From a bacterium (GTDB lineage: Bacteria > DRYD01): 51,485 bases of DNA. The stretch lies in the NCBI GenBank assembly GCA_039630415.1, contig JBCNVB010000023.1:1-51485 (forward strand), read 5' to 3'. Of this stretch, positions 1 through 9,075 are shown one piece after another. A program made the position numbers and the translations under genes. Numbering within the stretch: position 1 is the stretch's first letter; each line of letters begins with the position of its first letter. Below the pieces are notes generated by a model. The model made no database searches. It was given only the letters and a program-made list of their open reading frames with translations, and was not told the origin of the DNA.

Positions 1-795
1 ATCGTGTAATCTAGCGGCAAGAACAATCGAATCCACTTGTTCTTTATTTAGTCCCATACTTTTGGCAATTATTTGAGCTATAACTGCCACCCTCTCAGAA
101 TGCTCATAAGTATCAAAATCATATTCTTGCAACAATCTTAGTAAAGTATCAACTAAATCCTGATAGGAGTCCAACAAATTATTCGCAAAATATATCATCT
201 TAATGAAAATTAACTGACTTATAGCAAGGAAAACGAAGTTTATAAAATTAGATTGACTGAGAAATATAAAACCAATATAGGTGATAACGAACTGGGAGAA
301 AAGAAAACTTTCAGCAAAACCAACTCTAAACACCTGCCTGAAAGAAAAACTCATACCCCTACCAATCTTACTCAGTATATACAACGATAAAAATTTATTC
401 AAGAATAAATAAACTACAAAACCAAACAAATAAAATTGAAAATCAAAGTATGACTTAACAAAGAATTTTAAAATCATACAAAGAGCTAGAAAAGGTATGA
501 AAAAGGACAATGAAGAGATGAAAACCTTAGGAATACTTATACTTCTAAACCCCAAAAAGTACTTTCTAACAACAGAACTACCAATAAACCCTAAAAAAAC
601 AAATAAAACATTCAATAAATCACTATTAAATATGAAAGCAAAGAGAAAAAATAAACTATCACTAGGTACAATAAAGTAATCCTCTTTGTAAATCTTCCTC
701 CCGTAAATCGAAATAGATAAACTTTGAAACTTTCTAAATATGTAATTTAGCAAAATACCAACAAGAATAGAAACGAGGTATTCAAATTTAAACAT
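1..795 (-). CDS. Membrane-anchored HD-GYP/HD-domain phosphohydrolase, truncated by the window edge
   Basis: Not in the ORF track. Manual translation from ATG at 795 gives MFKFEYLVSILVGILLNYIF..., several hydrophobic helices, then ...LVDTLLRLLQEYDFDTYEHSERVAVIAQIIAKSMGLNKEQVDSIVLAARLHD at the edge, which is the typical start of an HD-GYP domain. Confidence 0.8.
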   Translation of the reverse strand, partial: MFKFEYLVSILVGILLNYIFRKFQSLSISIYGRKIYKEDYFIVPSDSLFFLFAFIFNSDLLNVLFVFLGFIGSSVVRKYFLGFRSISIPKVFISSLSFFIPFLALCMILKFFVKSYFDFQFYLFGFVVYLFLNKFLSLYILSKIGRGMSFSFRQVFRVGFAESFLFSQFVITYIGFIFLSQSNFINFVFLAISQLIFIKMIYFANNLLDSYQDLVDTLLRLLQEYDFDTYEHSERVAVIAQIIAKSMGLNKEQVDSIVLAARLHD

Positions 796-806
796 TTTTA
801 AACATT
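787..806. repeat. Perfect 2 x 10-bp tandem repeat (TTTAAACATT) at a stop/start junction
   Basis: 787-796 and 797-806 are identical. On the minus strand each copy contains ATGTTTAAA. Confidence 0.85.
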
Positions 807-1662
807 ATCGTCCGATATTAAGTGGATACCTAGTAAATCCAAAATTAGATGGCCTGGTTAAAGATATGGTTAACCTCATTCCCATAAAATTACAATGCAA
901 CCTAACAAACCTTAGGTCAGAATTATGAAAAAGTGAGTAAAGAATTGACCTATCAAAGAAATATCTTATAAAGTCACCTATATTACTCACACTTAGATCG
1001 ATATAGTCTTTTCCATACTTTTCGATTGAGAAAAATTTAGTATAATGCCGATCAAAAGTTTTAAGTTTGAGCTTATTTAAAGGAGGAGTAGATATAGATT
1101 TAAAATAGTATTGCATATCTGCATCAAGAGGCAGAAGAATAACAACTAGATATTTGTCGTCATACAAATAAATGAAGTATTTACCTTGTGTTGAGTCCCT
1201 AAGTTTGAAAAAATTATTAATAGGATACTTGTTCTTATCAACAGAATCAAGAACAAACTCAATACCCTTTATAATAACAACCTTGTCATCATCATACAGA
1301 TAAATTTTTCTGTAGTTAAAACTATAGAACATAGAAAGGTAGAGAGAATAGAACATAATATAAGCGTCATACTGAGTTTTAGCATCAGGCGGTTCAGGAA
1401 AAGTAATCTTCACCACATTATTCGTAATAGAAATACTATTAGGACTCTGCTTAGTTACACGCTCAACTATACCCCAAACATCCATTAACGATACAGTACC
1501 CCTGTAAGATATAGGTATAAACATCTCCGTTTCAGGATCAACCTGAAACACCGTATAATACCTTGTTTGAAATGGATTAAATCCACAACATCCTATACAA
1601 CCAATTCCAACCGCTAAGCTAATAACCACAAAAATCAAAAAACCTAACTTTCCTAACGTCAT
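805..1662 (-). CDS. Exported or lipid-anchored protein, possibly with two degenerate GerMN-like domains
   Basis: N-terminal hydrophobic helix followed by a lipobox-like GIGCIGCC. The two halves (YYTVFQVD..FIPI..SISITNNVVKITF..FYSLYLSM..KIYL and YFIYLYDDKYLVVI..YIDLS..SILYSL..FVRL) resemble the GerMN pattern. The family call is tentative. Confidence 0.5.
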   Translation of the reverse strand: MTLGKLGFLIFVVISLAVGIGCIGCCGFNPFQTRYYTVFQVDPETEMFIPISYRGTVSLMDVWGIVERVTKQSPNSISITNNVVKITFPEPPDAKTQYDAYIMFYSLYLSMFYSFNYRKIYLYDDDKVVIIKGIEFVLDSVDKNKYPINNFFKLRDSTQGKYFIYLYDDKYLVVILLPLDADMQYYFKSISTPPLNKLKLKTFDRHYTKFFSIEKYGKDYIDLSVSNIGDFIRYFFDRSILYSLFHNSDLRFVRLHCNFMGMRLTISLTRPSNFGFTRYPLNIGR

Positions 1663-1664
1663 AT

Positions 1665-3986
1665 CTAGTACCTCCCAATATCTCCTAGTATATCTTCCTT
1701 GGACATTTTTAGTAATTCCTCAACACTTCTATCAAAATACTCCCTAGTTCCTTTAGAACCTGTATAAAGAAGTATCACCAAATCATCGACAATTTTGAGG
1801 AAGTATTCAACTACCATAGGGTCGAAATGAGTGCCACTAGACTCTTCAATTATTTTTATACTCTTAAAAGCAGGTAACCCTTTTTTATACTGCCTTTCAC
1901 TCATTAAAGCATCAAATACATCAGCAACCGCTATAATTCTTGCCAACAAAGGTATTTGTTCACCTTTCAAACCATCAGGATAACCAGTTCCATCCCATTT
2001 TTCATGATGATACCTTACACAGTCAGCTATTGTACCTATGTTAGTAAACCTATCATTCGAAGTTATTTGTCTTATTTTAGGGAACTTCATTTTTCTAACT
2101 ATTTCGTACCCAATCGTGGTATGTTGTTTCATAATTTGGAATTCCTGTTCGTCCAATCTACCAGGCTTATTCAGTATGTTATCAGGTATCCCAATTTTAC
2201 CTATGTCATGGACTAAAGTACCAATTAACAGAGCTTGTATTATTTCTTCTTCAAGCTTCATAGCTTTGGCAATTTCAACTGATATAACAGTTACTCTCTT
2301 AGTATGATCTTTAGTGTAATTATCCTTAGCCTGTATAGCATCTATCATTGCCTGTATCATTTGAGATTGTGATTCTTCTAATTCCTTGTTACTTTTAGAG
2401 GCTTCATAAACTACTCTAGTCTGGAAAAGTAAAGTCGTGAAAAATATTATATCCTGTTCGGATATGTTTCTTAAGTGATTAGTAAAATCCAGGATAGCTT
2501 CATACAAGAATTGCTCAGTTTTATCAACATTACCTAGTATAGAGTATGCAGCAGCTATATTAAAAGAAATAATCTTTGATTTTATCGAGTCTTTAAGAGA
2601 ATCTTTAACTTTAACAAGAATATCAATGGCATTTTGGATTTTATCTTGGAAAGCATAGTTCAAAGCGAGGAAATATTTGATTTCATTTTTAGTAGGATCA
2701 ATACAGCTAGCCTCTTCAAAATATTTTTCAGAAATTCCAAACCTCATCCTACTTAGTTCTATTATACCTAAGTAGTATAGTGCTTCAAAATCTTTGGAGT
2801 TACGTTCTAAAATTTTTCTATACCAGGTGTAAGCAGTTGAAAAGTCACCTTTTCTAAAAGCAATCTTCGCACCGATTTTCAATAAATCATACTTTTCCTG
2901 TATACTAATTGCTTCTTTAGCTAAATTGAAAGCTTCGTCCAAATTACCTATTCTCTCATTAATAACAATCAAATTTTCATATACCTCTTGATCGAAGATG
3001 GGCAAATCTTGTTTAACTTCGAGTAAAAGAGAAACAGCTTCTTTATATTCTCCGAGCAAAGTTAAAACTTGGGCCGCTTCTTTTTTTATCTCCCACCCAC
3101 TATACCCCATCTGTATAAGCTTAGAATAAAGTTTAGACGCCTCTTCATAATCATTCTTACCCTTATAAGCTTGTGCTAAGTAATAGATGATTTCAAAGTT
3201 CGAAGGTTCAATAGTTAACCCCCTGTTTTGCAAAATATCTATTGCTTCATCATACTTGCCCATCAATATTAAGTTTTTGGCAAGCAATAGAATTGGAATA
3301 ATCTTCCGAGGATTTATCTCCATCGCTTTTTTCAAATTATTGATCCCCTGAACAAATATATGCTGCTTTAAATAAATATAACCTAAAAGTATATAAGCAT
3401 CGTCAAACAAAGGATTAGATTCAATTATCCTTTTTAAATGGTTTACAGCCGAATGATAACTCTGATCATCTATACATATGAGTACATACAATAGCTGAAC
3501 TCTAAGATTATCACTAAACTTACTTAAAATAGTGCTAAAAATTAGCTCAGATTCTTTTTTATCTAACAGAGACAAAAAGAAGGCTTTGATAGACCAATCT
3601 ATGATTGAATCCCGGCTAAACGAAATCACTTTTTCAGAAGCTTGAATTACATCTGTAATTAAATCGTAACCCCTTCTTATATCTTCATCATTCACTAAAA
3701 ATTCCATAGGTACTTCATTAAAAAACTTAATGTAGAAGTACTTTTCAACCATATCAAAAAAATTCTCTTTTTTACCCCATTTACAGAGAAAAGCTATCCT
3801 AAATAAATGAGCTTTAAGATAATTGGGATATATTTTGATAACCTGCTCAAACTTTCTATAGGCTTCAAAAAATCTCTCTACTTTATCATACAATAAAGCT
3901 AATTCAAGAAAAGTATCAGGATTTTTCTTTACAGACAAAGTCTTTTCAAGCATCTCTATTTTTCTTTCTAAGTTTTCCTCTTTCAT
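1665..3986 (-). CDS. TPR-repeat protein with C-terminal HD-GYP domain (putative cyclic-dinucleotide phosphodiesterase)
   Basis: About 500 aa of TPR-like repeats (e.g. AYILLGYIYLKQ..NLKKAMEINP), then KDNYTKDHTKRV, HDIGK, HHEKWDGTGYPDGL and ARIIAVADVFDAL. Confidence 0.92.
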   Translation of the reverse strand: MKEENLERKIEMLEKTLSVKKNPDTFLELALLYDKVERFFEAYRKFEQVIKIYPNYLKAHLFRIAFLCKWGKKENFFDMVEKYFYIKFFNEVPMEFLVNDEDIRRGYDLITDVIQASEKVISFSRDSIIDWSIKAFFLSLLDKKESELIFSTILSKFSDNLRVQLLYVLICIDDQSYHSAVNHLKRIIESNPLFDDAYILLGYIYLKQHIFVQGINNLKKAMEINPRKIIPILLLAKNLILMGKYDEAIDILQNRGLTIEPSNFEIIYYLAQAYKGKNDYEEASKLYSKLIQMGYSGWEIKKEAAQVLTLLGEYKEAVSLLLEVKQDLPIFDQEVYENLIVINERIGNLDEAFNLAKEAISIQEKYDLLKIGAKIAFRKGDFSTAYTWYRKILERNSKDFEALYYLGIIELSRMRFGISEKYFEEASCIDPTKNEIKYFLALNYAFQDKIQNAIDILVKVKDSLKDSIKSKIISFNIAAAYSILGNVDKTEQFLYEAILDFTNHLRNISEQDIIFFTTLLFQTRVVYEASKSNKELEESQSQMIQAMIDAIQAKDNYTKDHTKRVTVISVEIAKAMKLEEEIIQALLIGTLVHDIGKIGIPDNILNKPGRLDEQEFQIMKQHTTIGYEIVRKMKFPKIRQITSNDRFTNIGTIADCVRYHHEKWDGTGYPDGLKGEQIPLLARIIAVADVFDALMSERQYKKGLPAFKSIKIIEESSGTHFDPMVVEYFLKIVDDLVILLYTGSKGTREYFDRSVEELLKMSKEDILGDIGRY

Positions 3987-4032
3987 CTATCTATTTCATC
4001 TATCTATTTCATCTAGCTATTTCATCTAGCTA
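3981..4032. repeat. 4 x 13-bp tandem repeat TTTCATCTA(T/G)CTA
   Basis: Units at 3981-3993 and 3994-4006 (TTTCATCTATCTA) and at 4007-4019 and 4020-4032 (TTTCATCTAGCTA). The array spans the speB stop and the TPR-HD-GYP start. Confidence 0.95.
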
Positions 4033-4855
4033 CAGATAGGATGAATTCTCTAATTATTTCAGAAGCTACAATACAGGTGTTGTAGCTTGGGTGATCTAAA
4101 ATAGGGTTAACCTCAACTATATCGAATGCTACAACTTTCTCAGAAGACAAAAGCTCAAGAATTTTTATGTAATCTAAAAAGGTAGCACCCCCAGAAATAG
4201 GATTCGACACAGCAGGACATATCGAAGGATCAAAAAAGTCCACATCAACCGACAAATAAATATAACCCTTAACATAATCCTTTATAACATGGTAGTTTTT
4301 CAAATCCAAACTTACAACATTAGAAAAGAAATAACCTTTTTCAGAGTCATCTAAAGTTCTAACCCCAACAGACACACTTAGACACTCTTCAGATATTCTT
4401 CGTAATACATTCGCATGAGAATATTTTTGCCCCACATATATATTATGGCAATCCGCATGAGCATCCAAATGAACATATACCAAACTCTTGTATAGGTTTC
4501 TAACAGCACCAAAAGCAGCTATCGTTATACTATGATCTCCACCAATAAATACGTATCTCTTACTTTTACTAATAACCACGCTCCTAAGATAATTATATAT
4601 CTCCAAAACTGTATTGTCATTATCGTACCAAAAATCTATCTTTATATCCCCAATATCAAAAAATTTCACATCTTCCAATGATCGATTAAAATAATTGCTA
4701 TATGACTCAACACATTCAGAGTACTTTCTTATATAGTAAGGCGCATAAAAACAACCCAATCTAGTATTTACATAACCTTCATACGGAATAGATACAATCA
4801 AAAAGTCACTGTTTTCTATTGAACTGTAATTCTTAACAAAAGGAAATATCCTCAT
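4022..4855 (-). CDS. speB: Agmatinase / arginase-family ureohydrolase
   Basis: Metal-binding motifs GGDHS, HLDAHAD and SVDVDFFDP, plus FDIVEVNP. Confidence 0.88.
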   Translation of the reverse strand: MRIFPFVKNYSSIENSDFLIVSIPYEGYVNTRLGCFYAPYYIRKYSECVESYSNYFNRSLEDVKFFDIGDIKIDFWYDNDNTVLEIYNYLRSVVISKSKRYVFIGGDHSITIAAFGAVRNLYKSLVYVHLDAHADCHNIYVGQKYSHANVLRRISEECLSVSVGVRTLDDSEKGYFFSNVVSLDLKNYHVIKDYVKGYIYLSVDVDFFDPSICPAVSNPISGGATFLDYIKILELLSSEKVVAFDIVEVNPILDHPSYNTCIVASEIIREFILSVAR

Positions 4856-4862
4856 AGAGCAT

Positions 4863-6026
4863 CTACTTCATTTCCAGTAAAACAACTCTCTTATTTATTA
4901 TATCATTTCTCACCTCTTGTTCAATATCAGGATTGGACAAAATATACTCCTGAACATCAACAGATTTTAAGTAATCAGTTAAATCATTGTAAATCGATTG
5001 TAATTTCATAACTTTAAAGAGCAGAAATTTAGATAAAGCGACTAAGTTGGAAGATCTTATGTAATAATAGTTCAGAAAAATTGCCTTCATAATAACTCTT
5101 GTGGCAATTTTGTAATTATCAGGATAACAAATCATAAAAATGATTATGTAATCTTTATAAAGATCTAAGAAAACCCTACCTATGTTAGGTATTTTCTCTA
5201 CTCTTTCAGAAAGTTCATAAGCCAAGTTTAGTAAGTCCTGATAATACTTTCTCTTTTTCCTTTTAGATTTGGTGGGTGAAATTATGAGCAATTTTTTTAT
5301 GTTTTTGAAGAGTACATTGTTTATATTTTCCTTAAGCTTTTCAATATCGAGATAGTTTTTGAAAGACGAAACCATATCAATGAAATGATTTATCACCTCT
5401 TTAACGTTAGATGATTCCCATCCACTTTTATTTACATACACATAACAAACAATCATCCACAAAGAAGATTCAAGAATTATATTAACCAAATCCCTATCAA
5501 ACATGTCTTCAATCTTTAAATCCACTAGTTTAGAAAACATGTGTTGCAATAGATTATACGCCATTAAATATTTAGCTCTGTAAAAAGCTAACTTACATAT
5601 GAGCAAGTTAAGCTCGAAATAAAACAACAAATGTACTGGCTTAGAAGAATCAAAGACACTATAGAAATGTTTTGCAGCTTTTACAGCAAAATTTTGAGCC
5701 TTATTATAATGTTTCAAATAAAAAAATACCCTAGCAATAAAATAATAAACTCTAGCCTTGAAATACTCATCCCCTACAGAAGGTAACACCTGATTCAATA
5801 TCCACATCACAATATACCTCATCCTCTTCTTACTTAGTATATCCAACTGCAAAGCAAAATCTAAATACAAATCTATTTTGTCATAAAGCCTATACTTCTT
5901 TATCATGAAAAATAGTAATTCTAAATAGTACTTAATAATCACAGTAGTTTTGGGAACAAAGAGAATTAACTTCTCTATCGTTAAAATTACCGAATTAATC
6001 ACATTTTGTAATTTTTCCCTATTCAT
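4863..6026 (-). CDS. Hypothetical alpha-helical (TPR-like) protein
   Basis: 387-aa ORF overlapping the upstream gene stop; ARVYYFIARVFFYLKHYNKAQNFAVKA is a TPR-like helix pair. Confidence 0.6.
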   Translation of the reverse strand: MNREKLQNVINSVILTIEKLILFVPKTTVIIKYYLELLFFMIKKYRLYDKIDLYLDFALQLDILSKKRMRYIVMWILNQVLPSVGDEYFKARVYYFIARVFFYLKHYNKAQNFAVKAAKHFYSVFDSSKPVHLLFYFELNLLICKLAFYRAKYLMAYNLLQHMFSKLVDLKIEDMFDRDLVNIILESSLWMIVCYVYVNKSGWESSNVKEVINHFIDMVSSFKNYLDIEKLKENINNVLFKNIKKLLIISPTKSKRKKRKYYQDLLNLAYELSERVEKIPNIGRVFLDLYKDYIIIFMICYPDNYKIATRVIMKAIFLNYYYIRSSNLVALSKFLLFKVMKLQSIYNDLTDYLKSVDVQEYILSNPDIEQEVRNDIINKRVVLLEMK

Positions 6027-7671
6027 ACAAGATATTAGCTATTTTATCATACTCTATTTTATAGAGTTTGACTATTTCATAGGGTTTGGAAAATTTATTG
6101 TTTAATTGTTCACCATTTTGAAGCTGATTAATAGCGTTAATTATATTCAATATATGCTCTTTAAATCTTTGATGGCCATATTTAGCCACTTGTCCAGTAA
6201 ATACAATAAAAGCCCAGTCACTGCATTGAGCCTGTAAAATTTCACTTACACCTATTTCCACCAACCTCCTACACTCTTGATTGTTCTCTATAGTTGATCT
6301 GTTATTTTTTAGAATTTGAACAAAAGTTTTGGTATTTGTATGTAAATGTCGGTACATATAATCGACAGAACCGTTAAGCCAATATTCAAAATACCCTTTC
6401 CAACCCCAAGTACTACTATTCGGTTCTATTTTATCCAACTCAATACCCTTACTATGCATAATTTTGATATAATCAGAAACAGTAGATACACCCACCAGGT
6501 ATTTTTCTTCTTTTAAAAGAAGTTCCACAACATTTCTGAGGAATTTGGTACCTTCAAACCACCAATGCCCAAAAAGTTCAGTATCATACATAGCAGTAAT
6601 ACTTAAAGGAGCATCAACTTTTAATACACCATGCCAATATTCCGACTGCCTCTCCCTATTGAAAATAAAGTTTGCCGCATGTTCAAAAGCTTTTCTCATA
6701 CCTAACTCAGGATCGTATATCTCCTTATTTGCCAAAGGTACATCTGCACCCGTTATTCTATAATACTTATACCCCGTATCCGTCCTTATACCACTTTCAT
6801 GAATATAGTCCTTTATATACTCATAATCAAGTTCATAACCAATATCTTTGTAGAATTCTCTATACCAGAAGTCACCTGGATATCCTTCCTTAGCAGACCA
6901 AACCTGCTTAGAAGATTCTAAATCTCTTCCAAAAACCACTATTCCCTCCTTAGTTAAGTAAGGAAAGAAAGTACCATACCTAACCCTATCTCTACTAAAT
7001 ATTATACCATGACTTTCGAGAAAAGTATATTTGATTTGATATTTTTTCAAGATTTTATCTATTTGAGGAGTATATGCACACTCAGGAAGCCATACACCCT
7101 CCGGATTAAATCCAAAGTAATCAACAAAATTAGATACAGCCTTGTAAAACTGTATTTCCAATAATTTAGTGTTTTCTTCATCAACAAAATAAAATGGTGA
7201 AATACAGTGCGTTAAATTAGAAGTTATTATTTGTATAGATCCTTTTTGAGCCAATTGCTTATAACCTTTTAAAATATCTCCCTGAAGTTCCTCAAACCTT
7301 TTAAGTACTGCTGAAAATCTCCTATATAAATACTCAGCAGGTCTGTGAAAAATACTATTTTTTGTCCTAACTACTTCCTTTTCTCCCAACTCAACAACTT
7401 TCTTTAAGTGTCTATATATCCTTTCTTTGAAAAAATCATTAGTTAACATAGTCAATAGTGAACCAGAGAAGGATATAGTTACACCGACATAACCAAACTT
7501 CTGATCCAACTCCTCAAACTCCATAAGCAAAGGTATGTATGATTCTTTAACCGCTTCATAAAGCCATCTCTCTTCCAAAGATTCATTATATTCAGGATAA
7601 TACAGTAAAGGTAAATGAGAGTGCAAAACAAATAGTATTAGCCCTTTTTTGCTATCATTCTTAACCTTCAT
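6019..7671 (-). CDS. GH57 1,4-alpha-glucan branching enzyme (DUF1957 type)
   Basis: VLHSHLP, EERWLYEAVKESYIP, GVWLPECAY (nucleophile), VWSAKEGYPGD, YDTELFGHWWFEG (acid/base) and QCSDWAF; strong SD (AAGGGAGGA) upstream. Confidence 0.93.
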   Translation of the reverse strand: MKVKNDSKKGLILFVLHSHLPLLYYPEYNESLEERWLYEAVKESYIPLLMEFEELDQKFGYVGVTISFSGSLLTMLTNDFFKERIYRHLKKVVELGEKEVVRTKNSIFHRPAEYLYRRFSAVLKRFEELQGDILKGYKQLAQKGSIQIITSNLTHCISPFYFVDEENTKLLEIQFYKAVSNFVDYFGFNPEGVWLPECAYTPQIDKILKKYQIKYTFLESHGIIFSRDRVRYGTFFPYLTKEGIVVFGRDLESSKQVWSAKEGYPGDFWYREFYKDIGYELDYEYIKDYIHESGIRTDTGYKYYRITGADVPLANKEIYDPELGMRKAFEHAANFIFNRERQSEYWHGVLKVDAPLSITAMYDTELFGHWWFEGTKFLRNVVELLLKEEKYLVGVSTVSDYIKIMHSKGIELDKIEPNSSTWGWKGYFEYWLNGSVDYMYRHLHTNTKTFVQILKNNRSTIENNQECRRLVEIGVSEILQAQCSDWAFIVFTGQVAKYGHQRFKEHILNIINAINQLQNGEQLNNKFSKPYEIVKLYKIEYDKIANILYE

Positions 7672-7832
7672 ATCCCTATATCCTCCCTTTTAGTTTTAGA
7701 TATATCAGCTTAAATACAACTTTAGTTCCATACCAAATTAACCTTAAAGCATAATCAAACCTATATATAATTCTCTGCATCTTGCTAATCTTTATTCGAT
7801 TCATTTTATTCTGAATTAGCTCTGTTAAGTAG

Positions 7833-9059
7833 TCACTCATTGTAGTTATGCACCTTTATATAAACCGGTAGGAATTTATTTGAAAAAGGTAAAACAAAAA
7901 AATTCCATACACTTTCTTCATAAACTGGGTTAAGTAAGAAAGAAGATAAAATGTCGGACTGTACAATGTAATATTTATCACTTGTATACAGATGATCATT
8001 TTCCTTTATTTTTTCGAAAGTAACGTCCAAAGTAAAATAAACAAAATTTCTGAATTCTCTTTTGTTTTTAGCTCTAAGATCCTTTATGATTAGTTTATAT
8101 ACACCACCATCCATATTTAACCAAGATTTTCCTACTTCAAAGGTTTGTATACCAAATATGTTTAGAAATTCAACGAGATTTTTACTTTTGGAATATTCAT
8201 AAGGAATTATAAAAAACCTGGAAGAAAAGTATTGCCATTGAATATTTTTAGATAGGTATTGATATTCTTGTAATTTTTGAGCATTAGAACTGAGAAGTTT
8301 AAGGTATGATGGTAATATTTTATAGATAGCTTTTTCAGAGTTTGGATTTTCAAAGGGTAATTCAAACAAAACTGAAAAAATCCCATATGCAGCACCCAAA
8401 TTTCTCAAAATAGAAACCGCTTCATAAGGATCTGTCCTACCACTAACAACATACCTATCCACCCTATAACCACTAGCTACAAAATTCTCTATACTAAGAT
8501 TTTCTATTTCTCGTTGTAACTCAATCATTCTTGAAAACTCTGGAGTATACAAACTTTTCAGCACCTTAAAATCCGAAAACCTAGAACCGTCTATTTGGTA
8601 AATATGAAACATAATTCTAGCAAAATTACCAAAGGCATACATAAAGTCCACATCCGATTTGTTGGCTTGATGAATATCTATGATAAACAAAGGCCTATAC
8701 TTCACTATCTGATGAACTATAAATTCAGAAGAAATTGAAAACAGATTAAGAAATGTTCTGTTGGGATCCAACCCCTCAAAAGTTTCTCTTCTATTTGCTT
8801 TTATCCTGTATCTACTGGGTTCAACTATCAGACAATAATTCAAATCATTTGGCAAAGAATACAAAAGCTTCTTTACAACTACCGAAGGTAACTTCTCATT
8901 ACCATGAATAGAAGAAACTATTAGCCCTGTATATGAAGATCTATTGTCAACAAAGTATGCTTCAATATCAGAAGGACTGGGTATCAAATATACACTACCT
9001 AGGGATTTACTAACTAAGACCAATATTACCAAAACAATAGTAACAATTTTTCTTGTCAT
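7833..9059 (-). CDS. Secreted M14-family zinc carboxypeptidase/deacylase-like protein
   Basis: Signal peptide; IHGNE (HxxE), LDPNR, IDIHQ and a later FE glutamate. Confidence 0.75.
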   Translation of the reverse strand: MTRKIVTIVLVILVLVSKSLGSVYLIPSPSDIEAYFVDNRSSYTGLIVSSIHGNEKLPSVVVKKLLYSLPNDLNYCLIVEPSRYRIKANRRETFEGLDPNRTFLNLFSISSEFIVHQIVKYRPLFIIDIHQANKSDVDFMYAFGNFARIMFHIYQIDGSRFSDFKVLKSLYTPEFSRMIELQREIENLSIENFVASGYRVDRYVVSGRTDPYEAVSILRNLGAAYGIFSVLFELPFENPNSEKAIYKILPSYLKLLSSNAQKLQEYQYLSKNIQWQYFSSRFFIIPYEYSKSKNLVEFLNIFGIQTFEVGKSWLNMDGGVYKLIIKDLRAKNKREFRNFVYFTLDVTFEKIKENDHLYTSDKYYIVQSDILSSFLLNPVYEESVWNFFVLPFSNKFLPVYIKVHNYNE

Positions 9060-9075
9060 ACCGTAGTTAATTATT

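Noticed and set aside
497..679. 60-aa + strand ORF
   Set aside because: Antisense shadow of the membrane HD-GYP gene (1-795); its K/N-rich composition mirrors the hydrophobic codons on the other strand.
3981..4032. Possible CRISPR or iteron array
   Set aside because: The 13-bp units are contiguous with no spacers, and there are no cas or rep genes; treated as a simple tandem repeat.
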